From: Glaucostegus cemiculus
Lineage: Eukaryota
NCBI GenBank assembly: GCA_976551045.1
Contig: CDPCPM010000059.1
Location: 9,114,001-9,161,692 of the forward strand
Direction: 5' to 3'
DNA length: 47,692 nt
In this document: positions 45,230 to 47,692 of the stretch, one piece after another
Layout: every line of letters begins with the position of its first letter
How positions within the stretch are numbered: position 1 is the first letter of the stretch
The notes under the pieces: model-generated
The model's database searches: none
Told to the model about the DNA's origin: nothing
What the model saw: the letters and a program-made list of their open reading frames with translations, nothing else
Translations under genes and position numbers: made by a program

Positions 45230-46282
45230 CACAAACAGACATGCAAATTAGGATCAGAAGTAGGCCACGCCCCCTTAGATCTTCTCCACCACTCGACCAT
45301 GTAATGAGGTAATGTCTGGTCTGATAGTAACCTCTACCCTACAGTCCTGCCTACCTATAGTAATCTTTCCTTCCCTTGCTTTTCAAGTATGTACCTCTGC
45401 GTTAACAATATGAATATATTCTCCTTCTACTGTGCTTTAAAAAAGAGAGTTCCAAAGACTAATGACTTCTGAGAGAGGGAAAAAAAATAACATATTTCTG
45501 TTTTAAATGGGATATCCATTATTTTTAAACAGTGACCCCCCACTTCCAGATTCCCCCATGATCTTCTCCATATCCAAGTTGTCAATGTCCCTCAAGTTCT
45601 TGTGTTTCACTCAAGACTGCTTTCACTCTTCTAAACTCCAATGAATATAAGTCTCCAATTTTTCCTCCAAAGACAACCCACCTTTTCTAGGTGTTAGTCT
45701 GGTGAGCCTTCTCTGAACTCCCTCCAACACATTATAAGTTTTCCTTAAATAAGGAGAGTAATGATGTACAGAGTACTTCAATGTGATTTCATTAATATTC
45801 TATATAACCATAGCATAGCCTCCATAATTTTGTATCAAATTCCCCAGCAATAAATGATAACAATCTATTAGCTTTACTAATTACTTGCTGTATTTGCATA
45901 CCAGCCTTTTGATCTCTAGTACAACCAGATCCCTCAGCACTTCAGAGTTCAAATCCCACCACTTCAATAATTTTCTTTTCATTTTTTTCAGGACAAAGTG
46001 GGAAATTTCTCATTTTCCCACAATATATTACACCTGGCAGGTCTTTACACACTCACTTAACCTATCTATATCCCTACACCCTCGTCACAACTTACTTTGC
46101 TACCTATCTCTGCATCATCACCAAGTTTACTGACAATGCCTTTGCTGCCTTCAGACGAGCTATCTATTTAAATTGTCAAAAATGTCGAGGTCCCAGCATC
46201 AGCCCCTGTGGCACAACACTTATTACATCTTGTCAACCAGAAGACTCATTCATGCCATCTCACTGTTCCATGTCAGCCAGAC
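45230..46282 (-). mobile_element. Old CR1 LINE 3' portion
   Basis: ttaggatcagaagtaggcc 3' end; ttcactcttctaaactcca (LEFRR); gaggtcccagcatcagcccctgtggcac (VPQG..LGP). Confidence 0.78.
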
Positions 46283-47050
46283 AATCAGAATCATTTTTAT
46301 TGTCACAACCATATACATACATAGTATGCATAGGAGCGAGACACCGTCCTCCTCAGGTGCTCGTCCCATTAAATAACAACCAACAGAGACACATAGACAC
46401 ACTTAACAAAAATAAACATTAAAAAAACATTAAACATTAAAAACTACAGAAGTTAAAATTAAATTAATACACAGATTAAATTAAAAATGGCCGGTAAATA
46501 AATAAATAGTTATTAAAGTGAATGGGCTGATGGCGGGCATTTAAAGTGCTGATGCATTTCTGTGCACCTAGCATCCCTTAGTGTTAACAAGGAAGATGGA
46601 GGGATGAGAGAGTTCGCAGTTCTGATGGCTTGCGGAAAGAAGCTATTGTTCAGCCTGGTCGTTCTTGCCCTGATACATTTAAGCCTCCTCCCTGATGGCA
46701 AAATTGTAAAGAGGTGATGGGAGGGGTGAGGAGGGTCGGCCATTATGCTTTTGGTCTTCCTCACACAACGGTCCTTGTACATGTCTACGAGGGATGGAAG
46801 AGAGACACCTATGATCCTCTCCGCAGCCCTAACTATCCTCTGGAGGGACTTCCGCCCAACAGCTGAGCAGCTTCCAAACCAAACAGTGATACATTAGGTT
46901 AGGATGCTCTCAATGGTCCCTCTATAGAAAGTTTTCATAACGGAGGGATGGGAGTTCGCTTTCCTCAGTCTCCACAGGAAGTAGAGGCGTTTCTGAGCTT
47001 TCTTCGTGAGGGCCATAATGTTAGTGGACCAGGTCAGGTCGTCGGTGATG
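46283..47050 (-). mobile_element. Rex1/Babar LINE, 5'-truncated, same family as 17976-19670
   Basis: Peptide [38 protein letters not shown] nearly identical to the first copy; in-frame stop near 46895; aatcagaatca tail. Confidence 0.93.
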
Positions 47051-47692
47051 CTATTACAACTATTTATTTAGTTATTGTATATTGTTCCATTTTAATCATT
47101 TAATTATTGATTCTCGATGGTTCTACAATTACTTATCAGATAGTTTGTTATATTTTAACATGGCTTTAACCCTAGCCTTGCCTTTTGTCAAAGGCTGCCA
47201 AGGCATTTTGGGTTTGGAGCCTCAGCAGTACGTTCCCAAGTCCAATTCCTTACTGATGCATTACTACACCTCAACAGGCACCTCCTAGCAGAGCAGGATC
47301 AACACACTTAGTCCTTTGTGTTTTGTCCAGGAAAGTGTAGACAAGTGGGTACCATGACAAGGAGTCTAAACCAGCTCAACCTTGCTGGTTATTTTTAACA
47401 TTATAATTTGTGCCATGATGATTGTGAAATAAATGATATTTTCATGTCTGGTCTCAGATATATGCCTGCGCCCAAATGTGTCTTAACAGTTTGGCATTTT
47501 ACCTTTCACTGTACCATTCTTTTATCTCTTACTCAGGGAATTGTTTCCCAATTGTTTTACACAGAAAAATCTGATTCTTTTATTTATTTTGTTCAGTATA
47601 TTGTACTGACCCCTCATTTGGCATTTAATTATGTTCTGTAAAGAGCAAGGCATTGATCATGCCAATAATTGTTCTAACAAAAGGTAGGGGGA

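Noticed and set aside
1-47692. CRISPR array, operons, rRNA or true tRNA genes
   Set aside because: The sequence is vertebrate repeat-rich DNA; there are no regularly spaced repeats, and the tRNA-like boxes belong to SINE heads.

Overview
Eukaryotic, AT-rich, repeat-dense non-genic (intronic or intergenic) DNA. The repeat complement points to a cartilaginous fish, probably a ray or other batoid (inference from repeat families recognised from memory, no database search). It includes HER1/CR1 LINEs, HE1-like V-SINEs, a SacSINE1-like DeuSINE, Rex1/Babar, RTE, L2 and Penelope-like elements. I cannot support any host protein-coding gene. The only long ORFs belong to two young non-LTR retrotransposons: a near-complete CR1/HER1 ORF2 (10148-12952, minus) and a 5'-truncated Rex1/Babar RT (17999-19420, plus). 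The most interesting signal is a family of Penelope-like (Neptune-type) pseudo-LTRs carrying a minimal hammerhead-ribozyme-like motif with a recurrent core variant (CUGANG-C-A). These occur on a decayed RT/GIY-YIG element and as short fold-back or mini insertions with target-site duplications. Other items are a ~97% identical 211-bp inverted duplication inserted into a LINE, two solo LTRs, Harbinger-like non-autonomous elements and several deep TE nests. Boundaries of decayed repeats are approximate (tens of bp).
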